Source: Bdellovibrionales bacterium
GTDB taxonomy: Bacteria; Bdellovibrionota; Bdellovibrionia; Bdellovibrionales; CAYMLA01
NCBI GenBank assembly: GCA_965217115.1
Contig: OZ244239.1
Location: 1,344,001 to 1,408,000 of the forward strand
Length of the DNA: 64,000 nt
Direction: 5' to 3'
In this document: positions 29,654-38,562 of the stretch, in pieces
Layout of the letters: each line of letters opens with the position of its first letter
Numbering within the stretch: the first letter of the stretch is position 1
The notes under the pieces: model-generated
Seen by the model: the letters and a program-made list of their open reading frames with translations, nothing else
Databases searched by the model: none
What the model was told of the DNA's origin: nothing
Position numbers and translations under genes: made by a program

Positions 29654-30814
29654 TCAAGAATGTTTTTTTATCTTTTGAGAAATTCGTTTAAAAGAGTTCT
29701 TTAATTGTTTCTCGGCATGGGCTGGATATCCTTTGATGTATTTAGAGGGATTCACCATGCGAGAATTTTTCTTAATGGCAAGATGGAGATGTGGTTTTGT
29801 GCAGTACCCTGTGCAGCCGATTTGTCCAATGGCTTGACCTGCTTTAACAAAAGTTCCAGTGGAGATGTTGGAGTTTACTTTGTTTAGATGATTGTAGTAG
29901 GATTTTAGGCCATTTTTGTGCTGAATAACAATGTAGTTTCCGGGAGCTCTTGCTCTTCCAGTTTTGATAACTCTACCATTGGCGACGGCGTAGACGGGGC
30001 TGGCAGACGGAAGAGCGAAGTCGATTCCGAGATGGGCTTGGCGGCGTTTTTTTATAGGGTGACGACGACGGGCTTGAAAAGAACTGGAAATATGGAGAGT
30101 GTTTACAGGGGAATAAAATGGCTTTACTGAAGAGAAATCTTCTTGGGAGAGAAAAGCACCTCCTGAAATTCCATTTTTAGAAAAAGGCACGAAGATTTTT
30201 TTTATTACTTTATTATTTATTTCTAAAGCGGCAATAAGAACATTTCCAAATTTGATAAAATAATCGTGGTCGAATTTTTTTTCAACAATAAGGTAAAATC
30301 GAGCATTTTTTTTGATATCTCGTTTTAAGTTGTAATCGAGTAAGAATGCATTCATAAAACGGTAGGCAACAAGGGTTTCGTTTATTTTTGAATTAATACT
30401 TGAAATTAATGAGTTTTTTATTTTTCCGTTAATTTTCAGTGTTTGGACTTTGAAGTTTTCTTTTAAAGAATGTGAACCGATTTTGTTGGAAGTTTTCCAA
30501 AAAATGTAGGTTAAATCACTTTGGTGGTCATAGATTTTCATTTGGAACTTTTGCGCACTCTGGAGAAGAAGGTATTTGTGACCAGGAACAAGAAGGAAGT
30601 TTTTAGGAACAAGGCTACGATTAAAGAGTTCTTGTCTCTCTTTGTGTGAGAAACCGTTTTTGGAGAGGAGTGAAAAAAGAGTGTCTCCCGTCAGTATGGT
30701 TTTGACCTCAGTTGAAGAATTGGTGGACAATAGAGCTGGTAAAGAGAGAGAGAATGTCAGCGAAGCGGAGAAAATGATGAGACTGTGTAGAATTTTTTTC
30801 AAGGGATTCCCCAT
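29654..30814 (-). CDS. M23 family peptidoglycan endopeptidase
   Basis: RRHPI, HLGIDFA, SYYNHL, IGCTGYCTKPHLH. Confidence 0.88.
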   Translation of the reverse strand: MGNPLKKILHSLIIFSASLTFSLSLPALLSTNSSTEVKTILTGDTLFSLLSKNGFSHKERQELFNRSLVPKNFLLVPGHKYLLLQSAQKFQMKIYDHQSDLTYIFWKTSNKIGSHSLKENFKVQTLKINGKIKNSLISSINSKINETLVAYRFMNAFLLDYNLKRDIKKNARFYLIVEKKFDHDYFIKFGNVLIAALEINNKVIKKIFVPFSKNGISGGAFLSQEDFSSVKPFYSPVNTLHISSSFQARRRHPIKKRRQAHLGIDFALPSASPVYAVANGRVIKTGRARAPGNYIVIQHKNGLKSYYNHLNKVNSNISTGTFVKAGQAIGQIGCTGYCTKPHLHLAIKKNSRMVNPSKYIKGYPAHAEKQLKNSFKRISQKIKKHS

Positions 30815-31655
30815 TATTGTTTTACAAGCTGCATTGCTATTATTGGTTTTACCTGCTGTAGGACAACATTATTACGGTCCTGTGTCATCTGCAATGGGAG
30901 ATAGTGGTCGAGCGATAATTAACCCCTCTGAATGTATTTATCTGAATCCGGCATGCATTGCCCATTATCGAGGTTATGAAACGTCAGTTTCTTTTAGCAA
31001 CGTGGGCAGCCTTCTAAATGATCAAAAACAGGCTTCTTTTGGTTTCTCTTTGGCAGATAATACGGGAGAAGTCCTTCTTCCGGCTTCCTTTGCTTATCTT
31101 AAAAGAAGGGTGAAAGGTGAGACAGGAGACCGTGTAAATGAGATTAATTATCAACTGTCCATTGCTCGTTTTTTGATCCCACGGTTGGCGCTAGGGTTGG
31201 GTTATCAATATGGTCTCCGTGAGGAAGAAGAGGGAGATGAAGAGCGGCAGAGTGGTCACTTGGGTTTCTTGTACACTCCTATGCATAATCTTGGATTGGC
31301 ATTGGTGGGTTATAATCTGGCTCAAATTGGATATGGAGAGAGATCTTGGGCCTTAGGGCTTTATTATCTTCATACACAGAATTGGCGATTGAGTTTTGAT
31401 GTTTTATTTCTTCCAGAGGGAGGAGAGAGCCAGAGAGTCAATGTTGGAGGGGGATTTGAAACTCGCTTGAATGATTTTGTGGTTTTTCGCTTGGGTTTTC
31501 AGGAAAGTGAATCTTTAGGAGGCTCGTCAGTGGGTAAGTGGACCTCGGGTCTAGGAGTCTCTCTGCCTCGTTTTCAGATAAATTACAGTTATCAGGAAAA
31601 ACGGTCTCAGGTAGGGGAAGAGACTCATAGCATTGACATTAAAATACCTCTTTGA
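30774..31655 (+). CDS. Putative outer-membrane beta-barrel protein (start probably ATG 30774/30777)
   Basis: ggag RBS, signal peptide, SSAMG...YLNPA N-terminal motif of FadL/PorV-like barrels, alternating beta strands. Confidence 0.65.
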   Translation: MMRLCRIFFKGFPIIVLQAALLLLVLPAVGQHYYGPVSSAMGDSGRAIINPSECIYLNPACIAHYRGYETSVSFSNVGSLLNDQKQASFGFSLADNTGEVLLPASFAYLKRRVKGETGDRVNEINYQLSIARFLIPRLALGLGYQYGLREEEEGDEERQSGHLGFLYTPMHNLGLALVGYNLAQIGYGERSWALGLYYLHTQNWRLSFDVLFLPEGGESQRVNVGGGFETRLNDFVVFRLGFQESESLGGSSVGKWTSGLGVSLPRFQINYSYQEKRSQVGEETHSIDIKIPL

Positions 31656-31690
31656 TACAAAAGTCGTCCAAAGTTTAAAAGGAGACTTTT

Positions 31691-31822
31691 ATGGCATCAC
31701 CAGATAAGCGCACGACTTTGATACGCGAGCGTAAAATCTCAAAGGCAGGAAGGAGTCGTAAAAAAGACATTCGTAAGAATGGAACGACTAAATCTCAAAA
31801 AGAGTTGTTTGGAGACAGTTAG
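31691..31822 (+). CDS. Small basic protein, 43 aa (below ORF-track cutoff)
   Basis: aaggag RBS, then MASPDKRTTLIRERKISKAGRSRKKDIRKNGTTKSQKELFGDS*; fills the intergenic space. Confidence 0.7.
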   Translation: MASPDKRTTLIRERKISKAGRSRKKDIRKNGTTKSQKELFGDS

Positions 31823-31835
31823 TTTTTAAACTGTG

Positions 31836-32963
31836 CTAGTGACCTAGAATTTTAGCTGCATTTTTATATTGTGCTCGACGACGCAGTTTGGTCGGATACT
31901 GCTGCACGTTCCCTTTTAAATCCCAAATAAAAGCCATTTGTATCCAACCTTCTTGTCCTGAGTGGAAGCGATATTTTTTAAAGGCCTTAAGAGTTTTTCT
32001 GTCGAGACTTCTGTGGCCTGCACTGTTGAGCAGTTTGAAGTTTTTTAGAATTCCTCTTTTGGTGACGTAGGCTTGGAGGACGACAGTGCCTTCTTTTTTT
32101 GCAAATCGATCTTCTAAGCTGTAAACAGGAGGGCGGTTTCCACGGAGAGAGCGTAATTCTGAAATATCACGAACTTTACTTGGAAGGCTCTTTTGTAAAA
32201 CGCCTTTTTGTTCCTTTTTCTTACTGACAAGGGCGTCCTGTTTAACTAATTGAACTTTCTTTTTTAGGGGTTTATTTTCAGGAGCTTTTTTTTCTTCAAG
32301 AGGTTCATCGACCCATTTTTCTTCGGCGAGGGCAATTTCTTGGCTGATCTCGTCTTCTAAGGCCTGTTCGTGGTTAAGGTCTTCCTCAGCATCCATTTGA
32401 TCAAGTTTTTGGCGAATTTTATCGGCAAAAGAGTCACTGGCGAGCGTTTGCTCTTTTTTTGGTTGTTTTTTTTCAACGGGAATGGCGATGTCTGATGATA
32501 AATCAGAGGATTTGAGGGCGACGGGGGGGAGCTTCTTTTCAGGAAGTCTCTTTTTAGAAAGCCTCTTTTTAGGAAGCTTCTTTTTAGGAAGCTTCTTTGC
32601 AATGAAGGTTTTCAGGATTTTCTTTTTTGGTTTTGGGGTTTTGAGTTTTCTTACTTTTTTTACGATAGGCACAGTTTTTTTGGCCCTCTTAGCTCTCACA
32701 GTTTTCTTGGGGGCAAGGGGAGTTGGAGCGATAGATTCATCTTTGATTTGTGTTTTTTGAGCTAAACGGGTGGGCTTGGTGGAGGTGGGCGCAATTTCAA
32801 ATTCAATAGTTCCCTGGTTAAGGGGGCGCAGCTGATCAACGGTGACCCAGCTGAGAACAGCAAAAAAAGCAAAATGCAAAACACCTGAAAACAGAAAGTA
32901 GCCATTAATTTTTTCGTTATCCCAATGACTCCACATGGCTTTATCTCCAAAAAATAAATTCAC
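31836..32963 (-). CDS. TonB family energy transducer
   Basis: N-terminal TM with SxxLH, Lys/Pro-rich KKLPK linker, C-terminal TonB_C (PPVY...EGTVVLQAYV...SAGHRSLD). Confidence 0.8.
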   Translation of the reverse strand: MNLFFGDKAMWSHWDNEKINGYFLFSGVLHFAFFAVLSWVTVDQLRPLNQGTIEFEIAPTSTKPTRLAQKTQIKDESIAPTPLAPKKTVRAKRAKKTVPIVKKVRKLKTPKPKKKILKTFIAKKLPKKKLPKKRLSKKRLPEKKLPPVALKSSDLSSDIAIPVEKKQPKKEQTLASDSFADKIRQKLDQMDAEEDLNHEQALEDEISQEIALAEEKWVDEPLEEKKAPENKPLKKKVQLVKQDALVSKKKEQKGVLQKSLPSKVRDISELRSLRGNRPPVYSLEDRFAKKEGTVVLQAYVTKRGILKNFKLLNSAGHRSLDRKTLKAFKKYRFHSGQEGWIQMAFIWDLKGNVQQYPTKLRRRAQYKNAAKILGH

Positions 32964-33152
32964 CTGATGGAAAATACATCAAGAATTGGGCCAAGCTAAG
33001 GACGAAGAGAATTGCTGAGGGGAGAAATCTTTTGAAAAAAATACACAAAATAACGCAATAAGAATAAGTGCGTTAAATAAGTTTAAGGTTCTTTGTGATA
33101 AATAGTGGAATTGTTCCCAAGAGACCCATTGACCCATTGATTGAATAGGGCC

Positions 33153-33304
33153 TTTTTTTCTAGAGTCTCTCCCAAAAGAATCCAGTTCTTTTCGGCGAGT
33201 TTGGCTTGGCGACTTCCATTGCATTTCTCTGCAATGGAAGGTGACAAACGGATGTTTGAGCAAGAAAAGGGCTGGATTCTTTTGGGAGAGATTCTAGAAA
33301 AAAA
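33153..33304. repeat. Long hairpin element, copy C1 (41-bp arms, 63-nt core)
   Basis: tttttttctagagtctctcccaaaagaatccagttcttttc ... gaaaagggctggattcttttgggagagattctagaaaaaaa. Core: gagtttggcttgg-[cttccattgca/tgcaatggaag]-caaacggatgtttga. Confidence 0.9.
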
Positions 33305-33346
33305 ACGGGTCATCAGAAAAAACTGTCTCCACTATTTTTTGTCATA

Positions 33347-33525
33347 AAGAGTCCAGTTCTTTTCGGCGAGTTTGGCTTGGCGACTTCCATTGCATTTCCC
33401 TGCAATGGGAGGTGACAAACGGATGTTTGAGCAAGAAAAGGGCTGGATTCTTTTGGGAGAGATTCTAGAAAAAAAACAGCTCATCAGAAAAAAATTGGCT
33501 CCACCATTGTTTGTCATAAAGAATC
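33347..33525. repeat. Tandem duplicate of C1 (copy C2, period 171 bp, left arm truncated)
   Basis: 33352-33476 is near-identical to 33181-33305. Confidence 0.9.
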
Positions 33526-33582
33526 AAATTTAATCTGAGACCTATCTCTGTGGGAAAAGCAGTTCTTCCTTAGAGTATTTAA

Positions 33583-34188
33583 TTAGAGTGAAGATTTATT
33601 CTCAATAACTTTATGAACAAGGCCATACTCCACGGCATGATTAGCATTCATCCAGAAATCACGGTCACAGTCTTTTTCGATTTTCTCCAGTGGCTGTCCC
33701 GTTTCTTCAGAGAGAATCTTGTTTAATTTAGATCGTGTTTTAACAATCTCATCGGCAGTGATTTCAATACTTGAAACAGACCCTGTAACGCCACCCTGAA
33801 TAAGAGGTTGATGAATCATGAATTCACAATTTGGCATTGTAAGTCGGTTCTTTTTTTCAGGGGCTTGCAAAATAATAGTAGCAATACTTGCGCAGAGGCC
33901 GGTACAAATAATTTTCACATCAGGTTTGATAAAACGGATTGCATCGTAAATAGCAAAACCAGCATTGACAGATCCCCCTGGAGAATTGAGATAAACAGAG
34001 ATGCTTTTTTTATCGTCATCAGCTTCTAATAGAAAAAGACCTTGAATAAAGTCTTTAGCTGTTTTTGCAGAGATCGCTTCAAAGAGAGTTAATTGACGGG
34101 TTTTTAAAAGTTTTTCATTAAAAGAAATCTCTTTTTCTTTTTTTTCATCTTGTTCTGAAATGATTGGTTGAAAATTAATAAGATTCAT
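33583..34188 (-). CDS. clpP: ATP-dependent Clp protease proteolytic subunit
   Basis: YLNSPGGSV, GLCASIA (Ser), MIHQP (His), DRDFWM (Asp). Confidence 0.9.
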   Translation of the reverse strand: MNLINFQPIISEQDEKKEKEISFNEKLLKTRQLTLFEAISAKTAKDFIQGLFLLEADDDKKSISVYLNSPGGSVNAGFAIYDAIRFIKPDVKIICTGLCASIATIILQAPEKKNRLTMPNCEFMIHQPLIQGGVTGSVSSIEITADEIVKTRSKLNKILSEETGQPLEKIEKDCDRDFWMNANHAVEYGLVHKVIENKSSL

Positions 34189-34274
34189 TTGGTTGTCCTT
34201 TTTAAAGTAAGATTATCTAGAAGTAGTGTTATTTTATGAAAAATGCAGACATTCGTGTACCGTTTAATGAATAG

Positions 34275-35936
34275 CTAACACAAAGTCGAGGAATGAGACT
34301 GTTTAATTTTTTTACGCATCTGCCAGAGTAGTTGGCTAATATAGGGGCGGCGGTTTTCACCTGTGGTGACCATAAGCAGCTTAGTAATTTTGATATTATC
34401 AGGGTTGGTAAACAAGAGGATAATCATCTCATTTATGAAATTCGTGTTGAGAGTGATGTAATTGTCCGTCCCAACACCGAGAGAGACCCCTTTTTGTTCC
34501 CACCAAGAAAAAGGATGATCTTTGAAATCTTCAAAGCCAAAGGTGAGTTTATTATTAGAGGAGGGCAAAGATGTTAATGAGACCTCTTTAGAGAGCATAC
34601 GATTGAGAACGTCATGTTGATAGGATTCAATTTCTGTGGCTGTATGAAATTTTGTTTTAATAAAGACAGTGAGTTCATCTTCAGATAAAGGAGAGCCTTT
34701 AAGAAGCTTATCACAAACACTCTGGTGAACACCCCAGCTCATATCATTGATTTCATTGTACTCTAAACTGCCTTTCCAGAGAGGTTTTTTCCGTGAATTC
34801 CATTTGGAGACTCGCTGAAAGATACTGTGAAAATAAAAATTAGGATTCATACCTAAACTTAAGCCGTGTTCGAGAGTGTCGATTCTCCATATATTCATGG
34901 CGTTATCGACAGCCTGTATGCCTTTACGCAAAGTGTGCCAGGTTTCTCCGTGGTGGCTGCGGATTTTAAAACCTGAATATTGCAATTTACGAAAACCAAT
35001 TTTCATTTCATTGAAATGAGATTTTTTATAAAGGTCTTTTTCGTCACCAACAGTGTCAACTTCGCAAAGATGTTCTTTGAGAAAACTGTGTTTCTGTAAA
35101 AGGTTGAGAAGGGTTTGTATTTGATCGAGAAAGTGATCGTTCTTAGTTTTAAAATTGTCATCGTCAAAAAACCAAGGCTCTTTACGAAAAGAAGGGGAGA
35201 GGATAAAATTAAAGCGAGGGTTCTCTTGTTGGAATTTTTTAAAGCCTTGGTATAGGCCTAAAACAACATCCTCTGAGGTGATATCTCCAATTCCAGGTAT
35301 TTGTTCGGATGATTGTGAGGCAGAGCGAGAGAGTGTGAATTTTAAGCGAATATGGCCAACATTGTATTTGTTAAAGAGTTCACTAGCCATGTGATAGGCA
35401 GCCTCTTCATGGGCTTGTCGGTCGATGAGAATGAGTTTAGGTAAAAATAAAACCTTAAGATAGTGCTCAAAACGTTGATCTTCTTTGAGGCGAATGAGAG
35501 TGTCCACATCTTCGACGGACTCAATGGGCCAGGCGTTATCACCGTAGATCTCTTTGATCTTCTTCTCATAAAGAGCTTTATGAGCTCCATTTAAAAGAGG
35601 CTTGAGTCGAGGATAAATAAACTCAGCCGACAGTGAGCCAGTTAGGTGAATATGCTCCTCTCTATAGGGAAGAGGAAAAGATTTAAAAAATTCAAAAAGG
35701 GTCTGACCAATAGGGTGTTCAATAAGGTCTTGAATCTCTCGTTTATTCTGTTGAAATTCAGCGAGCTTTTCTTGAAAATCAATAGTGATTTCACGTATTT
35801 GAGTGTTTCCGTCGAGAGAGGTCCAGTAGTCTAAAAGTTCGAGAGAATCAGTAAGAACGATGCCGTTGGTTTCACTAATGATGTGTGTTAGATGATGGGT
35901 GAGTTGATTAAAGAGGTCTTTTGAGAGTTTTTGCAT
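34275..35936 (-). CDS. Adenosine/AMP deaminase-like amidohydrolase
   Basis: EHIHLTGSL, DTVGDE, HHGE, EHG, PSSN and GTDN correspond to ADA-family metal and catalytic motifs. Confidence 0.75.
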   Translation of the reverse strand: MQKLSKDLFNQLTHHLTHIISETNGIVLTDSLELLDYWTSLDGNTQIREITIDFQEKLAEFQQNKREIQDLIEHPIGQTLFEFFKSFPLPYREEHIHLTGSLSAEFIYPRLKPLLNGAHKALYEKKIKEIYGDNAWPIESVEDVDTLIRLKEDQRFEHYLKVLFLPKLILIDRQAHEEAAYHMASELFNKYNVGHIRLKFTLSRSASQSSEQIPGIGDITSEDVVLGLYQGFKKFQQENPRFNFILSPSFRKEPWFFDDDNFKTKNDHFLDQIQTLLNLLQKHSFLKEHLCEVDTVGDEKDLYKKSHFNEMKIGFRKLQYSGFKIRSHHGETWHTLRKGIQAVDNAMNIWRIDTLEHGLSLGMNPNFYFHSIFQRVSKWNSRKKPLWKGSLEYNEINDMSWGVHQSVCDKLLKGSPLSEDELTVFIKTKFHTATEIESYQHDVLNRMLSKEVSLTSLPSSNNKLTFGFEDFKDHPFSWWEQKGVSLGVGTDNYITLNTNFINEMIILLFTNPDNIKITKLLMVTTGENRRPYISQLLWQMRKKIKQSHSSTLC

Positions 35937-36028
35937 ATCTGACTATAGAGGAAAAATCAAAAACGATCAACATAAGCCCTTGAAAGGGTGAGAAAAAAAT
36001 AAATACGAAATGCAGGGTGAGCCGGGTT

Positions 36029-36967
36029 TTATTTTTTATTTAGATCAATTAAGAAATGCTCTGGTCCCTCGTCGTTCCTATGGGGGCAGTTCTCCTCAGG
36101 GGATTCAAGTTCAATAGTGACGTGATAATTACCGAGTTTTTGAATAATTTGACGAGTTTGTTTCTTTATTTCTGAAAAAGTGGTCAGATTTGGTTCTTTA
36201 GGGTCATTTAAGGAATAAATAAGATGCAAAGAGAGGACATGATGTTCTCCGTCTAAAGACCATGAATGAATATCGTGTACATCTATAATTTCTGGTATGG
36301 AACAGAGTTGTTTTTTCAAAGCTTCTCGGTTGAATTTATCTGGAATTGCTTGCAGGAGAACTTTAAAGGTTTTAATGAGTTGCCTTGCTACATTGAAAAG
36401 GATGAAAGCAGAGAGAGTAATTGCCAAAAGAGGATCTAGCCAAGTTATTTTAAAAAGAATGATAGCCACAGAGCCAATGAGAATGACAACCCAGCCTACG
36501 CAATCTTCTATCAAATGCCATTTAAGCATTTGCTCATTAAGGGATGATCCTTTTGCTAACTTCCAAGCAGCCCAACCGTTGATGACAATGCCCAAAATAG
36601 ATAAGATAAACATACCTTTTCCGTTGGGAAGAGTGTTTGTGCTCAAATTAGAGAGGGTGCTAATAATAACAAAAGTTGAACCGCATAAAATAACAACGCC
36701 TGAAATGAGAGAGGAGAGAGTTGAGAATCTTTGGTAGCCATAGCTGTAGTGTTCGTTGCCTTTTTTGAGAGAAAATCTTTGTAAATACCAGGCAAGGCCT
36801 AATGAAAGAGTGTCACCCAGATCGTGAACAGCATCGGCTATAATGGCAGAGCTTCCGGTGAGAGAGCCACCAACAAATTCTATAAGAACAAAAATAAAAT
36901 TAAGAAAAAAGGCTTTTGCAATATTCTGGCTGGCTTCATGATTGTGATGGTGACAGTATGCGCCCAA
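36029..36967 (-). CDS. Cation diffusion facilitator (CzcD/ZitB-like) transporter
   Basis: His-rich N terminus, ADAVHDLGD, YSYGYQR, HLIED, DVHDIHSWSLDG. Confidence 0.9.
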   Translation of the reverse strand: MGAYCHHHNHEASQNIAKAFFLNFIFVLIEFVGGSLTGSSAIIADAVHDLGDTLSLGLAWYLQRFSLKKGNEHYSYGYQRFSTLSSLISGVVILCGSTFVIISTLSNLSTNTLPNGKGMFILSILGIVINGWAAWKLAKGSSLNEQMLKWHLIEDCVGWVVILIGSVAIILFKITWLDPLLAITLSAFILFNVARQLIKTFKVLLQAIPDKFNREALKKQLCSIPEIIDVHDIHSWSLDGEHHVLSLHLIYSLNDPKEPNLTTFSEIKKQTRQIIQKLGNYHVTIELESPEENCPHRNDEGPEHFLIDLNKK

Positions 36968-37042
36968 GGTAACTCCTACAGCCCGCTTGTTTTTTTTATT
37001 TAGAACTTATGGTAACATATAAAAAAGAAGGAGCAAATTCTT

Positions 37043-37330
37043 ATGACGAGCAAAACAATAGAAGAGGGTGTTTGTGAATCTGATTGGACAGCTTTGTATG
37101 ATCATTATTTGCGTGATGCTTTAATAATGGTGGATATAAGTCTAAATCTTGTAGATGTTGGTTTAAAAGTGGCTAATGATCAAACTCAGATCATGCAGGA
37201 CTGGATTAATAAAGGGTTAATAGGAAAACCAATTAAGAGTCAAACGGAGACATGGAGTATGGATGACCAGAAGAAATTTCTATTTGTGATTGTGCAGCCC
37301 TATGTTCTTGCCCAAGTGATGGAGCATTGA
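37043..37330 (+). CDS. DUF2288 family protein
   Basis: W..L..H..RDALI.V...L.LVDVG..VAND...DWI...LI.KP...VIVQPYVL pattern. Confidence 0.75.
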   Translation: MTSKTIEEGVCESDWTALYDHYLRDALIMVDISLNLVDVGLKVANDQTQIMQDWINKGLIGKPIKSQTETWSMDDQKKFLFVIVQPYVLAQVMEH

Positions 37331-37737
37331 GTATGAAAGAGAGAGAGATAATTTTTTTTGACGGTGTCTGTGGTCTATGTAACGGTTTTGTTAGCTCTCT
37401 AGTTAAGATCATTAAAAGGAAAAATATCGAAGGAATTTACTTTTCTCCATTACAGGGAGACGTAGCAAAAAAAATATTACCCGAAGAAAAGAGAAATTCT
37501 CTTGAAAGTATTATCTACTGGCAAGAAGGGCAGTCCCACGAGCGTTCAACAGCGGTTTTAAAAATATTGAAAAAAATAGGAGGTGTTTTCATATTGAGTC
37601 AGGTGTTTCTTTTAGCGCCTCTCTTTTTAAGAGACAAAATTTATAATTGGGTGGCAAAAAACCGTTATAGGTGGTTTGGCAAAAATGAACTATGCCGAGT
37701 GCCATTGGAAGAGGAAAAAAAATATTTTTTACCTTAA
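37327..37737 (+). CDS. DCC1-like thiol-disulfide oxidoreductase (DUF393)
   Basis: FFDGVCGLCN, FSPLQG, RDKIYNWVAKNRYRWFGK. Confidence 0.88.
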   Translation: MSMKEREIIFFDGVCGLCNGFVSSLVKIIKRKNIEGIYFSPLQGDVAKKILPEEKRNSLESIIYWQEGQSHERSTAVLKILKKIGGVFILSQVFLLAPLFLRDKIYNWVAKNRYRWFGKNELCRVPLEEEKKYFLP

Positions 37738-37788
37738 AAGTGCGTCTCAATAACAAAATCATCTCGGTTGATAATGACAGAAATATAA

Positions 37789-37815
37789 AAGAACCGAGAC
37801 GGGATCTCGGTTCTT
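37789..37815. terminator. Hairpin between convergent genes, probable bidirectional terminator
   Basis: aagaaccgaga-cggga-tctcggttctt, perfect 11-bp stem. Confidence 0.7.
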
Positions 37816-37825
37816 CATTCTAAAA

Positions 37826-38404
37826 TTATTTATTAGCTAAGTATTTACTCACACTCTGGTGATTTTCTTCGATAGCTTGAGCGCCTTTTTGCCAGTTCGC
37901 AGGACAAACTTCACCATGGTTTTCAAAGTGTTGAAGAGCGTCAATAGTACGAAGTGCTTCGTCAACATTGCGGCCAAGAGGGAGGTCATTAACGATTTGA
38001 TGACGAACTATGCCTTCTTTATCAATAAGGAATAACCCCCGAAAAGCCACATTATCATCTGTGAGGACATCATATTCACGAGCAATTTTTCCGCCAAGAT
38101 CAGAGACGATTCCGTAGGTTGTCCCTTCGATACCGCCCTTGTTTTTAGGGGTGTTGATCCAAGCTAAGTGTGAGAAATGACTGTCGACACTGCAACCGAG
38201 AACTTCGACATTACGATCTTTAAACTCAGATAATTTACTTTGAAAAGTGACAAGCTCAGTTGGACAAACAAAAGTGAAGTCTAAAGGATAAAAGAAAAAA
38301 AGAACATACTTACCCTCGTAGTCTGAAAGTTGAATTTCTTTAGTGTCATTACCAAAAACTGCTTGTGCATTAAAATTAGGTGCCTTTTTACCAACTAAAA
38401 CCAT
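37826..38404 (-). CDS. 2-Cys peroxiredoxin (AhpC/TSA; start revised to 38404)
   Basis: FFYPLDFTFVCPTE, GRNVDEALR, GEVCPANW; aggag RBS before ATG 38404. Confidence 0.93.
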   Translation of the reverse strand: MVLVGKKAPNFNAQAVFGNDTKEIQLSDYEGKYVLFFFYPLDFTFVCPTELVTFQSKLSEFKDRNVEVLGCSVDSHFSHLAWINTPKNKGGIEGTTYGIVSDLGGKIAREYDVLTDDNVAFRGLFLIDKEGIVRHQIVNDLPLGRNVDEALRTIDALQHFENHGEVCPANWQKGAQAIEENHQSVSKYLANK

Positions 38405-38562
38405 AGGTCTCTCCTTGAATGTAAAGAATAATGAGAGCATTCTGACGCAAAAAGCTTCTTTTGTCTAGTGAGATTATAAAACTAAACCTATAAATATAAA
38501 TTATGTCGTTTTCAGTTTGAGTAAAAAATGATATTAAGTGTCAAAAGAGTGCGAGGTTATTA

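Noticed and set aside
9141..33476. Canonical integron attC sites
   Set aside because: The hairpins lack clear RYYYAAC...GTTRRRY ends and no integrase is in the window. Only the general single-strand-fold analogy is kept.
32979..33517. Short ORFs over the C1/C2 repeats
   Set aside because: Shadow ORFs of palindromic DNA.
34275..35936. RADAR anti-phage system
   Set aside because: No adjacent RdrA-like ATPase, and the neighbours are housekeeping genes.
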